Notes under the pieces: generated by a model
The model's database searches: none
Seen by the model: only the letters and a program-made list of their open reading frames with translations
What the model was told of the DNA's origin: nothing
Program-made: the position numbers and the translations under genes
In this document: one piece after another, positions 31,205 through 43,650 of the stretch
Layout: each line of letters begins with the position of its first letter
How positions within the stretch are numbered: the stretch's first letter is position 1
Assembly: GCA_016125225.1 (NCBI GenBank)
Contig: WGME01000019.1
Location: forward strand, 60,162-124,161
DNA length: 64,000 nt
Origin: a bacterium
Lineage (GTDB): Bacteria; Planctomycetota; Planctomycetia; Planctomycetales; Planctomycetaceae
Direction: 5' to 3'

Positions 31205-32221
31205 ATGCATCGTCGGCCGATGACCATGACGTTACTTCTGTCCCTCGGTATTGTGACCAGTTGGACAGCATCGGCCCCGGCCATCGACTGGTTAACCCCC
31301 AGTTATTCGAATGAGTCGTCCTCGCACACCGATGCGGCTCCGGCCAGTTATCTGCAATACGAACCGCAGAATGTCCCGTTGCCAGATGAGACGCCGCTCA
31401 TCCCGGAAACCCTGCACGACGGGCTTTCCGGTCCCGTGTGCGAACCGGAGAAAGAACTTCCCTGGATCGCCCCTTACGGTACGCAGTTCACCGTCGGTTG
31501 GACCTCAGGCAGTGGCGATGAACTGGGCATGACCGACATCGATTTCCGGCAGACGCTCGTCTTTCCGCATCGACAAGGGTTCATGATTACGCCAGGCTTT
31601 TCGACCCATTTTCTTTCTGGCCCGGAAACCACCGACTTACCAGAAACCCTGTATGACCAGTGGATCGAGTTCCGCTGGTTAAAGAAATTCAACGATCGCT
31701 GGGCGATGGATCTGGCGATCACGCCCAGCCTGTTCACCGACTACGAGAACACCGGCAGCGATGCCGTCCGCATCACCGGCCGAGCGATCGCCATGTGGAC
31801 GATCAAGCCCACCTTCCAGCTGGCGATGGGGGTGATCTACCTCGACCGCGAAGATGTGAAGGCCTTGCCCGGCGTGGGGGCCATCTGGACACCAAGCGAC
31901 GACTATAAGGTCGAATTGCTGTTTCCACGACCGCGTGTGCTGAGGAAACTTTCGTCCGATGGTGACACCTCGCGCTGGATTTATCTGGCAGGTGAGTTCG
32001 GCGGCGGTTCGTGGGGCATCGACCGGGCCGATGGCTCCGCCGATGTCTTCACCTACAGCGCACTCCGCATGTTGCTGGGTTATGAGGTCAAGAAGCCGAA
32101 GGGCTTTGCCCCGCGCATCGAGGCCGGTTGGATCTTCAGCCGGAAGGTCGAATACAAATCGGGCGTGGGTAACTACGATCCGACCGATGCCGCCATGATT
32201 CGATTCGGCGGTTCGTTCTAG
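31205..32221 (+). CDS. Putative outer-membrane beta-barrel protein (paralog 1)
   Basis: Signal peptide, alternating beta-strand pattern, and a C-terminal ...AMIRFGGSF aromatic terminus. It aligns by eye with the next ORF. Confidence 0.6.
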   Translation: MHRRPMTMTLLLSLGIVTSWTASAPAIDWLTPSYSNESSSHTDAAPASYLQYEPQNVPLPDETPLIPETLHDGLSGPVCEPEKELPWIAPYGTQFTVGWTSGSGDELGMTDIDFRQTLVFPHRQGFMITPGFSTHFLSGPETTDLPETLYDQWIEFRWLKKFNDRWAMDLAITPSLFTDYENTGSDAVRITGRAIAMWTIKPTFQLAMGVIYLDREDVKALPGVGAIWTPSDDYKVELLFPRPRVLRKLSSDGDTSRWIYLAGEFGGGSWGIDRADGSADVFTYSALRMLLGYEVKKPKGFAPRIEAGWIFSRKVEYKSGVGNYDPTDAAMIRFGGSF

Positions 32222-32227
32222 CTTGCA

Positions 32228-33280
32228 ATGTCACGAATCGGGAGCAGAGCTTTGCGCTGGTTCGGACGATTACCGGGGTTACTGGTTGCGCCGCTGCTCA
32301 TGGCAACCGTCTTCGCCCAGGACGCCGATCTTGAGCCTTTGGTCAAAGATGATGCGGTTGCTATCGCCACGCTAGAAGAACCCGTTGCTACGGAGAGCAG
32401 CGAGACACTGCCAGACGCTCTTCCCCCGGCCCCGTCTCCGGCAGCATCTACCAACTTTGAGACATCCATTCGGATCGAAGGTCTCGAAGTCGAAGACGGT
32501 GAGAGCACAGAGTCTGCAGCGGGCACCGATCTCGCCTGGGTGGGAAGTTTTCTCGTTGGGAATGACGATCTGTTCAATCTGCGCACCATTGAGTACCGGC
32601 ATCGCCCACCAGATAACGTCGCTCGGGCCTCACGTCTCACCACGCAACCCAGCGGCAGCATCCATTGGATCGATGGTGTCCCCGCACTCGATCTTCCCGA
32701 CCGGTTGTACCAGTTCGCGATTCCGTTCCAATTTGACCTGACCTCACAAGACGAGTACTTGATCGACCTGAACATCACTCCCGCGTGGTTCACTGATGGG
32801 GTGAATCGTCGGCCGGAAATGTTTCGTCTCCAAGGGGCTGCGAATTTCTATTACCGATTGAATAATCGTGACAGTCTCACCGCCGGGTTTGTTTACCTCA
32901 ACCGCGACGACATACCGGCTCTCCCCGTGTTCGGCATGTTGATTGATGACCTGGAGAAAGGCCGCCGATTTGAACTCGTCTTTCCGCAACCACGTTTGAT
33001 GTGGCGATTGTCACCGCGAAACGGTTCGAGTATCTGGGGTGTGATCAGCGGGGAATTGGGGGGCGGGTCGTGGGCCATCAAACGGACCGATCGAACACCT
33101 GATGTTTTGACCTATCGGGATTTCCGACTCATGGGAGGCATTGAAGTCCGTGGCCATAAGGGTCCGAGGGGGATGCTGGAAGCCGGTTGGGTCTTTGGAC
33201 GCCAACTGGAATCACGCACCGGCCGTAGCGACACATCGCTGGACGATGGTTTCCTGGCCAGAGTCTGGCTGGAGTTCTGA
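32228..33280 (+). CDS. Putative outer-membrane beta-barrel protein (paralog 2)
   Basis: Blocks shared with 31205..32221: TP.[LW]FTD, Y L[DN]R[ED]D[VI].ALP, E L[LV]FP.PR, GE[FL]GGGSW[GA]I, EAGW[IV]F[SG]R. It ends in ...RVWLEF. Confidence 0.6.
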   Translation: MSRIGSRALRWFGRLPGLLVAPLLMATVFAQDADLEPLVKDDAVAIATLEEPVATESSETLPDALPPAPSPAASTNFETSIRIEGLEVEDGESTESAAGTDLAWVGSFLVGNDDLFNLRTIEYRHRPPDNVARASRLTTQPSGSIHWIDGVPALDLPDRLYQFAIPFQFDLTSQDEYLIDLNITPAWFTDGVNRRPEMFRLQGAANFYYRLNNRDSLTAGFVYLNRDDIPALPVFGMLIDDLEKGRRFELVFPQPRLMWRLSPRNGSSIWGVISGELGGGSWAIKRTDRTPDVLTYRDFRLMGGIEVRGHKGPRGMLEAGWVFGRQLESRTGRSDTSLDDGFLARVWLEF

Positions 33281-33659
33281 GACGAACCGCTGCGGTTCAG
33301 TCAACCATGCGATTGCTGGCTGTGGATGTGCTGATTTTAGCCGCCCTGCCGCTCGCGGTTTGCTTGGTTGTTCCGGACAGTGGCCGATCGGCTGATCTTG
33401 TTCAATCACCCAGCCATTGAGGGTGATGCCTCAACCGTTCGCGGGTGATTCTGACCGTGAGTACTACACACGGACAACGAACGATCGTAGCGATTGTAGC
33501 AGTAACTCTGCCTGCGTTGCTGACTGGAATTGTCATGGCTCGGCGTGTTTTCCTTCCGAAGCCGGAACTTTTGGGTAGCTCATTTGCCCCTCGCCATCGG
33601 TGACGTAGTCTTCCTCATCCCCCTGCGAGGTCTGTACACCGTTCGGGGTGATGTAAAGG

Positions 33660-34919
33660 ATGCAACCCCCGATGGTGACATTGATCCAAGGAGACGGCCG
33701 TTCGACCGCCGCGCCCGTGAAGCGCGCTGCGGAATGGTGGGTGGAGTCCGTCGGCGATCTCGCAAGCTGCGAACAGATTCGCTCCGCCTGGGACGATCTG
33801 GCCTGGCATGCCATCGAACCGAATGCTTTCTACGAGCCATGGCTGCTGTTGCCTCTATGGCAGGCTTACTTTGCAGATCAACGTGTTCAACTGATCCTGA
33901 TCTACCGCAGCGGCGCCAAACCGAATGATCCGCCGGAGTTGTGTGGCCTGGTACCGGTGTGGCAACGTAGTCATGACAAGCTGCCGATATCGGTCTGGTC
34001 GCTGTGGCAGAACGATTACATCTGTAACTGCACGCCACTACTGCGGCAAGGTGTCGCGACCGATGCCTGGCGCATCTTCTGCGATTGGCTGGCGACTCAG
34101 AAGCTGCCGTTGATGGAACTGCCATTGGTCAATGGCGATGGCCCGTTTCAGCATGCCCTGCTCGAAGTGGCCAATGAACGACAGACACCCATGCATGTGA
34201 ATGCCCAATATTCACGTGCCCTGCTCCGTCCGGCGGAAAGCGCAGAGGTCTACTGCTCGCAGTCCATGACGTGTCATAACCGCCAGGAACTACGAAGGCA
34301 GCGGAGGCGACTCGGTGAACAGGGGCAACTCGAAGTTCGTGTGACGCAGCCCGGTGATGACATCGCTTTCTGGATCGAGGAATTCCTGCGACTTGAAGCC
34401 GCGGGGTGGAAAGGTCGCGAAGGGACAGCCCTGGCGGCAGATGAAACCAACTCGCAATTCACACGCTCGGTTATCGAGCAGGGTTTTGCCCGGAACCAGG
34501 TCGCCTTGTTGGGACTGTTCCTCGATGGTCGTGCGATTGCGCTCAAGCTGAATTTTCTCTCGGGCGAAGGTGGGTTCACCTACAAAATCGCCTTTGATGA
34601 AGCCTTCAAAAAATACTCGCCCGGAGTGCAACTGGAACTCGAAAACATCGATTGGTTCCATGCCCAGCGCGGGTTGGCGTGGCTCGATTCCTGTGCCCGC
34701 CCGGAACATTTCATGATCGGACGGTTATGGAAAGACCGCCGCATCATGCAGCGGTTAACCCTGTCGAGCGGTACACGCACCGGTGACTTACTGATTGGCG
34801 GCCTTGCCTGTCTGAAAGGCATCAAAGCCGCGTTGAAACCTCGTCACTCTTCGCGATTTTCATCGCCAGAAGCTCAGGCAAAATTTCGTACTACCCAAGC
34901 TCAGGAAACGTCGGCATGA
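33660..34919 (+). CDS. CelD/BioF2-like GNAT-fold acyltransferase (Acetyltransf_6-like)
   Basis: C-terminal half reads FLRLEAAGWKGREGTALA...FLSGEGGFTYKIAFDEAFKKYSPGVQLE, the typical CelD-like GNAT signature. Confidence 0.6.
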   Translation: MQPPMVTLIQGDGRSTAAPVKRAAEWWVESVGDLASCEQIRSAWDDLAWHAIEPNAFYEPWLLLPLWQAYFADQRVQLILIYRSGAKPNDPPELCGLVPVWQRSHDKLPISVWSLWQNDYICNCTPLLRQGVATDAWRIFCDWLATQKLPLMELPLVNGDGPFQHALLEVANERQTPMHVNAQYSRALLRPAESAEVYCSQSMTCHNRQELRRQRRRLGEQGQLEVRVTQPGDDIAFWIEEFLRLEAAGWKGREGTALAADETNSQFTRSVIEQGFARNQVALLGLFLDGRAIALKLNFLSGEGGFTYKIAFDEAFKKYSPGVQLELENIDWFHAQRGLAWLDSCARPEHFMIGRLWKDRRIMQRLTLSSGTRTGDLLIGGLACLKGIKAALKPRHSSRFSSPEAQAKFRTTQAQETSA

Positions 34920-35827
34920 AGACCGCGACCTATTTCGATCTGGAACAAACACAGGTTTGCATTCCGAATCCGTCGAAGCTGCTCGAATTTGATCCCATCA
35001 AGTTTGCTGACAGTTTTGATCGCAAGCCCTTTCTGATCACGCATTGGCTCAGCGAGCATCCGCTGTTCGATCTTGATCGGCTGCTCAAACTGGCACAGTC
35101 GCTGCCGGAAAATCACATCGAGTACAACGCCGGCAATCTGCCGGTCAATCAGGATCTGAAGCTGACCCCGCGGAATGGGTTGTCGGCTGAAGAAACGATC
35201 CGTCGCATACGCGATTGTAAGTCGTGGATGGTGCTGAAGTGGGTCGAGACCGACCCGGCGTATCGGGCGCTGCTCGATCAATGTATGTCCGAGATTCGCC
35301 CGCATTCGGAACCGATTCGCCCGGGGATGAAACAGGCCCAGGGCTTCATCTTCATTACCTCGCCGAATTCCGTCACGCCGTATCATATTGATCACGAGCA
35401 CAACTTCCTGCTGCAGATCCGTGGCAACAAAAAGATCCGTTTGTTCGATGGACGTGATGAATCGATCTTGTCGCATCAGGAACTGGAACACTTCTACGGG
35501 GCACGCAGTCGGAACCTGGTGTTGAAGCCAGAGAATGCGGAACGCTGCTGGAAGTATGAACTCGAACCTGGTCTGGGTCTGCACTTCCCCGTCACCTATC
35601 CGCATTGGGTCGAAAACTGCAACGACGTTTCCATCTCCTTCAGCATCACGTTCCGGACACCCGATCTGGAACGGCGGCGTGCGGTCTACATTTTCAATCA
35701 TCATCTGCGTAAGTGGGGAGTGAGCCCGACCCCGTACGGCGGTCGCCCTTCGCGCGATGATTGGAAGTACGTTGCCTATCGCGCGGCAAACAAAGTTCGT
35801 GGGCTCTTTCGTAGGGGTGATGCCTGA
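34916..35827 (+). CDS. JmjC/cupin-type Fe(II)/2-oxoglutarate oxygenase-like protein
   Basis: TPYHIDHEHNFLLQIRGNKKIRLF (HxD/E) and a distal HFPVTYPHWVEN His. An ATGA start/stop overlap with the GNAT gene implies translational coupling. Confidence 0.6.
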   Translation: MKTATYFDLEQTQVCIPNPSKLLEFDPIKFADSFDRKPFLITHWLSEHPLFDLDRLLKLAQSLPENHIEYNAGNLPVNQDLKLTPRNGLSAEETIRRIRDCKSWMVLKWVETDPAYRALLDQCMSEIRPHSEPIRPGMKQAQGFIFITSPNSVTPYHIDHEHNFLLQIRGNKKIRLFDGRDESILSHQELEHFYGARSRNLVLKPENAERCWKYELEPGLGLHFPVTYPHWVENCNDVSISFSITFRTPDLERRRAVYIFNHHLRKWGVSPTPYGGRPSRDDWKYVAYRAANKVRGLFRRGDA

Positions 35828-35939
35828 TGGACAACTTCCATTGGCCATTTTGCAACATTCCGATTTTCTGACGAAGAGTCGCGATTGCCGATTGGCAACG
35901 GTGGGGCGACCTGGTTAAGGATAAATTGGAACGTCGCTC

Positions 35940-37166
35940 GTGCTGACTTTGCCAGAAGGTTTCGGTCTTATGTTGGATCTGCCTGTTCATCGATCCCAGA
36001 TTTCGTGGCTCCTGTTTGGTTGCGTCTTTTTTCTGGGTGGCCTGTCAACGGGTTCTGCCGCCGATCCGATCGATGAACGGCTCGGTAACCCGAAATATGG
36101 ATACTGGGATGCCGAGGTCTGGGGGCCGACGTACCAGATTGCGTTTCAGGATTCTGACGACGTCGTCTGGATTGCGAACCTTGATCCCGCTAACGGCCGC
36201 ATGATTCCGCGCGATGGCCATGGCGTGCGCGTCGGACAAAGCATTCCCGTTGTCCAACTCGGTTGGCCGATGTCGTTCAATGGTCCGGAATGGGGGATCA
36301 GTCAGACCGGACTCGCGGTCTTCTTCACCCAACTCGATGACCGCGGCATCGCCCAGATCGCCCGGCATCGTTTGTCAGACGGCATCACCCAACACATCAC
36401 GCAAGGTGGCCGCCATCACCGCATCGCTGCGTTGCCGAGTGAAAACGTCTTCGATCCAGAAACGACAATTCTGAGTGCCTATGTCGATGGTTTCAAACCG
36501 ATTCTGAGCTGGCGGCGGGAATCGGAACCGCGCACCGACCGTATTATTCCCGTGGAGAAGCCGTCCTCGAATGGTCCCCGCTGGATCGAGCATCAATATG
36601 CTGTACTGACCAATGTCCTTGATGGTCAGGGCGTCGTGCAGATCGCCAGTTACGATTTGAACACGCAGGAACTCAAGGTGCTCACCAGCGGTCCGGGAGA
36701 CAAGGTCAACCCCAGCATCTGGGATGCCCCGGAGTTCGCACCGGGACGCGGCCTGCTGACGGAGATCAATGGCGTCGGTTTAGCGATCTATCGCGAAACG
36801 ATGGAAGGCTGGGTGCTGGAGAGCATTCTGCCGCAGGAGACCGATCCTGAGTCCGGCCGTATCACGAATTACTTCGATTCCAAGATCTTTGTGTTTCAGG
36901 GGCAGTCGTACATTCTCACCGCGGTACAGCAACCCGTGCGGTTTCCGTTTCTGACCGGCTTTGGCGATATCTATGTCTACTCGCTCGATGGTCAGCAGCG
37001 GATTCGCCTGAATCACACGAAAGCACGAACCCGCAACCGCGATCCGGAGTTCCTGATCACCGACAACGATGTCTGGGTCTACTACTATTCGCTGCTCGCG
37101 GGCGAAGAACCGGCCTACCGACTGGCGCGACGGTTCATCGATCATCTCGAACCGATCGAGGATTGA
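35940..37166 (+). CDS. Secreted hypothetical protein, probable beta-propeller
   Basis: A signal/TM segment (ISWLLFGCVFFLGGLSTGSA) and a repetitive beta-rich sequence. The family is uncertain. Confidence 0.5.
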   Translation: MLTLPEGFGLMLDLPVHRSQISWLLFGCVFFLGGLSTGSAADPIDERLGNPKYGYWDAEVWGPTYQIAFQDSDDVVWIANLDPANGRMIPRDGHGVRVGQSIPVVQLGWPMSFNGPEWGISQTGLAVFFTQLDDRGIAQIARHRLSDGITQHITQGGRHHRIAALPSENVFDPETTILSAYVDGFKPILSWRRESEPRTDRIIPVEKPSSNGPRWIEHQYAVLTNVLDGQGVVQIASYDLNTQELKVLTSGPGDKVNPSIWDAPEFAPGRGLLTEINGVGLAIYRETMEGWVLESILPQETDPESGRITNYFDSKIFVFQGQSYILTAVQQPVRFPFLTGFGDIYVYSLDGQQRIRLNHTKARTRNRDPEFLITDNDVWVYYYSLLAGEEPAYRLARRFIDHLEPIED

Positions 37167-37177
37167 TTGTCTCAGGT

Positions 37178-37243
37178 GTAGGGTCCGCTGTGCGGACCAG
37201 CATCGCACTGCTCTATGATCTTGGTCCGCACAGCGGACCCTAC
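37178..37243. repeat. Composite palindrome between convergent genes: two inverted copies of a unit that is itself a hairpin
   Basis: GTAGGGTCCGCTGTGCGGACCA ...22 nt... TGGTCCGCACAGCGGACCCTAC gives perfect 22-bp arms. Each arm contains GGTCCGC-NNN-GCGGACC. Confidence 0.8.
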
Positions 37244-37247
37244 CTGA

Positions 37248-38048
37248 CTACGCGGCGGTCTTGAGTGTGGATTCTTCCGCGACCGGTGCGACTTCGCTTT
37301 CCACGGCCAGCAACGCCGCATCGAGCGACCTTTGTGCAATCCGCGTGATGTAGAAGAACACACCCGCTGTCACGAGGCCCAGCACGATGAGCGCCGTGTG
37401 CATCCACGGGCTGTTTCGCAGGCTGTGGCTTGAGGCATCGGCAAAGCTCTTCGCCGCGGCTCCCATGATGGTGTAAACGATGGTTCGCGGCAGCATCCCG
37501 ACGGCGGTCGCGGCGGCATAGTCCCGCCACCGCACGCTGGTCATGCCGAACAGGTAGCTCATCAGGTTCGACGGAAAGACCGGCGTCAACCGGGTCAAAG
37601 TGACGACCTTGAAGCCTTCACGCTCACAAGCAACTTCCACGGCCCGGAACTTTGGTTCCATGCGGGCAAAGGAACGGAACCAGCCGCGACCGAGAAAACG
37701 CGAGGTGAAGAAGCTGCAGGTGTTGCCGAGCGTGAGCCCGATGATCGCCGTCAGTGTGCCCCAGATGGGACCGAGCAGGAACCCCACCCCGGTACTGACG
37801 AACGTGTTCGGTATGAAGATGAGGCAGGCCGGGATGTAGAGCAAGGCGAGAATCACCGGTGCCCAGATGCCCATGCTGTCGATCGATTCAAACAGCGGAA
37901 TCAGGGTCGCCTTGATCTGTTCCCGGCGACGCCAGGCCACCAGTGTGAGCACGGCCAGAAAGGTAAACCCGAACCGCCGCAGCCAGACATTGTCGCGCAT
38001 GGAAAACATGAACCGTCCCCGATACCCGTGATGTGTATCGGAGAGCAT
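37248..38048 (-). CDS. TVP38/TMEM64 (DedA-related) family membrane protein
   Basis: KVVTLTRLTPVFPSNLMSYLFGMTSV signature; multiple TM segments. Confidence 0.75.
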   Translation of the reverse strand: MLSDTHHGYRGRFMFSMRDNVWLRRFGFTFLAVLTLVAWRRREQIKATLIPLFESIDSMGIWAPVILALLYIPACLIFIPNTFVSTGVGFLLGPIWGTLTAIIGLTLGNTCSFFTSRFLGRGWFRSFARMEPKFRAVEVACEREGFKVVTLTRLTPVFPSNLMSYLFGMTSVRWRDYAAATAVGMLPRTIVYTIMGAAAKSFADASSHSLRNSPWMHTALIVLGLVTAGVFFYITRIAQRSLDAALLAVESEVAPVAEESTLKTAA

Positions 38049-38058
38049 CGGCCAATCG

Positions 38059-38100
38059 ACCGGGAACCTGAACAGGAATCATGATCCGCAGGTTCCCGGT
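38059..38100 (-). terminator. Hairpin downstream of valS
   Basis: ACCGGGAACCTG-N18-CAGGTTCCCGGT, a perfect 12-bp stem with no U-tract. Confidence 0.4.
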
Positions 38101-38115
38101 GACAGGTTCGGTCGG

Positions 38116-41367
<3,252 letters not shown>

Positions 41368-41405
41368 TCAGAATGCGAAAGAAAATTCAGCAGGCAAAGC
41401 ACATG

Positions 41406-42053
41406 TCAGGGCTCATCGCGCTGAGGCAAGAGGTCGTCAACAGCCAGTGATAACGATTCTCCTTCCGGCAACTTCAATTCCGCAGTCATGCCCCGCCGAT
41501 AGACGTGGCATTGCGCATAACCTGCGTTCGGACAATTCGGTTCGGTATGAACCATCAGGGAATCGTCGACGAGATTTATGATCCAGTAGACCGGAATGCC
41601 GGATGCACCATACAAATCGGCCTTATCGTTCTGGTCGAGCGAGAGAGAGGACTGAGCGACCTCGATTATCAGGCCCACATCAGTCGCCTTAGGTAGTCCC
41701 TCAGCATAGTCTGTGGGTTGCCCATTCAAGATACAAATATCAGGTTCCGGAGCGCTGTCGTCGTTACAGATCACTGGGCCTTGCTGCTGGACATGGTAAC
41801 GTTCGGTGGAAATCAGCTGCTCCAGCAGTTGGGCCAGAAGTTTGATGGTGAGGAGATGTCGTGGTCCCTGAGTCATGGCTTTGGTCGGTTCATCTCGGCG
41901 ATCTTTATAGAGCAGAATCCCATCGATCAACTCGATCGGCATCCCCTCGCGGAGAATACCAGCTGACATCATTTTCAGGTACTGCTCGACCGTAATCGGC
42001 ACGACCACAGGAGTGCCATGCTGCACGAGATGCGACATCAACTGCAGTGACAT
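41406..42053 (-). CDS. Uma2-family (DUF820) putative endonuclease
   Basis: ITVEQYLKMMSAGIL...IELIDGIL, PEPDICIL, LIIEVAQSSLSLDQNDKADLYGASGIPVYWIINL. Confidence 0.75.
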   Translation of the reverse strand: MSLQLMSHLVQHGTPVVVPITVEQYLKMMSAGILREGMPIELIDGILLYKDRRDEPTKAMTQGPRHLLTIKLLAQLLEQLISTERYHVQQQGPVICNDDSAPEPDICILNGQPTDYAEGLPKATDVGLIIEVAQSSLSLDQNDKADLYGASGIPVYWIINLVDDSLMVHTEPNCPNAGYAQCHVYRRGMTAELKLPEGESLSLAVDDLLPQRDEP

Positions 42054-42054
42054 G

Positions 42055-43632
42055 TTATTGCTCCGAGGTTTCCGCGTCTTTGAACAGTTTGTAATCGACG
42101 CTGTCGACGAGGGCTAACCAGCTGGCTTCGATGACGTTTTCGCTGACGCCGACCGTGCTCCAGACGTCTTTGTCGTCGCGGCTTTCGATCACGACACGCA
42201 CGCGAGCGGCTGTACCTTCCGTCGAGTTGATCACCCGCACCTTGTAATCGACAAGTTGCATGTCGATCAGGGTCGGATATGCGGTGGCGAGGGCTTTTCG
42301 TAACGCTTCATCGAGGGCATTCACGGGACCGTCCCCTTCCCCGACGACGTGTTCTATCTGTCCGTTGACTCGGAGTTTGACCGTGGCCTCGGTGATGGTG
42401 GGACGGTCCTCTTCCGATTCGACATTCACGCGGTAATGCAGCCGTTCGAACTTCGGGACATACAGTCCGGCTTCCTTGCGGACCAGCAGATCAAACGACG
42501 CTTCCGCCGCCTCAAACTGGTAGCCTTCATTTTCCAGATCCTGCACACGGTTCAGAATCTGCGACATCAGGGCGTTGTCGTTACTGATGCGGTACTTGTC
42601 GGTTTTGGCGACGATGTTCGAGCGGCCGGAGAGTTCACTCACCAGCACGCGGCGGGTATTGCCGACGGTTTCCGGCACGATGTGTTCATAGCTCGATGCC
42701 AGTCGATTGACCGCGTGGACATGCATGCCTCCCTTGTGCGCGAAGGCCGACTGCCCAACGAAGGGCTGTCCCGAGCGGAAGTTCATGTTCGCGATCTCGT
42801 AGACATACCGCGACAGCTCGGTGAGATGCGTGAGCCCACTGTTATGGAGAACTTCGTAGCCGGTCTTCTTCAGGGCCAGGTTAGCGATCACGCTGATCAG
42901 GTCGACATTGCCGCAGCGTTCGCCGATCCCGTTGATGGTCCCCTGTACTTGCATGGCGCCATGATCGACGGCGGTGAGTGAGTTCGCGACCGCGAGTTCA
43001 CAGTCGTTATGACAATGAATGCCAACCGGGATGTGCAGTTCTTTGCGGGCCGCCTCTACGGCCTCAGCGATTTCTTCGGGCAACCGGCCACCGTTGGTAT
43101 CACACAAAATGATCGCGGCGGCACCGGCTTCCTCGGCGGCTTTCCAGGTCCGCAGAGCAAACTCGGGGTTCGCGCGGTAACCATCGAACGAGTGTTCGGC
43201 GTCATAGAAGACCTTCCGGCCTTCGGCGACGAGAAAGCCCACCGAATCGCGGATCATGGCGAGATTTTCGGCTTCATCGACCCGCAGGACTTCGGTCACC
43301 TGCATGTCCCAGGTTTTGCCGACGACGGTGCAGACGGGAGTGCGAGCATCGCGCAGGGCCTGCATGCCGACATCGTCTTCCGCCGCACACCCTTTGCGCC
43401 GGGTCATGCCGAAAGCGGAGACCTGGGCGTGTTGCAAAGGGAGATCGCGGACCCGTTGGAAGTACTCCGCGTCTTTGGGATTGGAGAGCGGATAGCCCCC
43501 TTCGATGTAATCAATGCCCACGGAATCGAGCTTTTGCGTAATGAGCAGTTTGTCCTGCAGCGAGAAGTTCACACCTTCGCCCTGGCTGCCGTCGCGCAAG
43601 GTCGTGTCGTAGATTTCGATCCGGCGGCTCAT
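42055..43632 (-). CDS. cimA: (R)-citramalate synthase (TIGR00977-type LeuA/CimA family)
   Basis: IYDTTLRDGSQGEG, HCHNDCELAVANS, GTINGIGERCGN, FAHKGGMHVHA, LSGRSN, GDGPVNALDEALRKAL, and VDYKVRVINSTEGTAARVRVVIESRD...WSTVGVSENVIEASW (C-terminal regulatory domain). Confidence 0.85.
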   Translation of the reverse strand: MSRRIEIYDTTLRDGSQGEGVNFSLQDKLLITQKLDSVGIDYIEGGYPLSNPKDAEYFQRVRDLPLQHAQVSAFGMTRRKGCAAEDDVGMQALRDARTPVCTVVGKTWDMQVTEVLRVDEAENLAMIRDSVGFLVAEGRKVFYDAEHSFDGYRANPEFALRTWKAAEEAGAAAIILCDTNGGRLPEEIAEAVEAARKELHIPVGIHCHNDCELAVANSLTAVDHGAMQVQGTINGIGERCGNVDLISVIANLALKKTGYEVLHNSGLTHLTELSRYVYEIANMNFRSGQPFVGQSAFAHKGGMHVHAVNRLASSYEHIVPETVGNTRRVLVSELSGRSNIVAKTDKYRISNDNALMSQILNRVQDLENEGYQFEAAEASFDLLVRKEAGLYVPKFERLHYRVNVESEEDRPTITEATVKLRVNGQIEHVVGEGDGPVNALDEALRKALATAYPTLIDMQLVDYKVRVINSTEGTAARVRVVIESRDDKDVWSTVGVSENVIEASWLALVDSVDYKLFKDAETSEQ

Positions 43633-43650
43633 GGTAAATTCAATCCGGAG

